Origin: Octopus sinensis
Taxonomy: Eukaryota
Assembly: GCF_006345805.1 (NCBI RefSeq)
Contig: NC_043007.1
Span: 23,870,001 to 23,934,000, forward strand
Reading direction: 5' to 3'
Length of the DNA: 64,000 nt
Shown one piece after another: positions 63,996 through 64,000 of the stretch (its first letter is position 1; every line of letters begins with the position of its first letter). The translations under genes were made by a program, and so were the position numbers. The notes under the pieces are model-generated. The model was given only the letters and a program-made list of their open reading frames with translations, was not told where the DNA came from and did no database searches.

Positions 63996-64000
63996 AAAAC

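Overview
Eukaryotic, AT-rich, very repeat-dense DNA. The tRNA-derived SINE families, RTE/Penelope/R4 fragments and abundant (TA)n, (TATG)n, (TAA)n microsatellites look like an Octopus (coleoid cephalopod) genome; this is inferred from repeat content, not a database hit. No complete recognisable protein-coding gene is present, and nearly all ORFs in the supplied track are microsatellite or repeat translations. The best coding evidence is one clean 200-nt + strand exon (24728-24927), plus weaker candidates including a possible 20-nt microexon and a possible compact minus-strand gene near 14.7-15.2 kb. The window holds at least five short-retroposon families (here A-E), decayed Tc1/mariner, pogo, Helitron, Gypsy, RTE, R4/Dong, L1/Tx1 and Penelope elements, and a U6 snRNA pseudogene. 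Highlights: several minimal type I hammerhead-ribozyme motifs (an intact core at 58714-58756, and variant-core copies), a Helitron that appears to have captured a SINE and occurs twice, SINE self-insertion tandem arrays with a recurring junction, a U6-SINE junction, a modular SINE head with three tails, and several long near-perfect hairpins that could be ADAR or small-RNA substrates. All alignments, translations and folds were done by eye.
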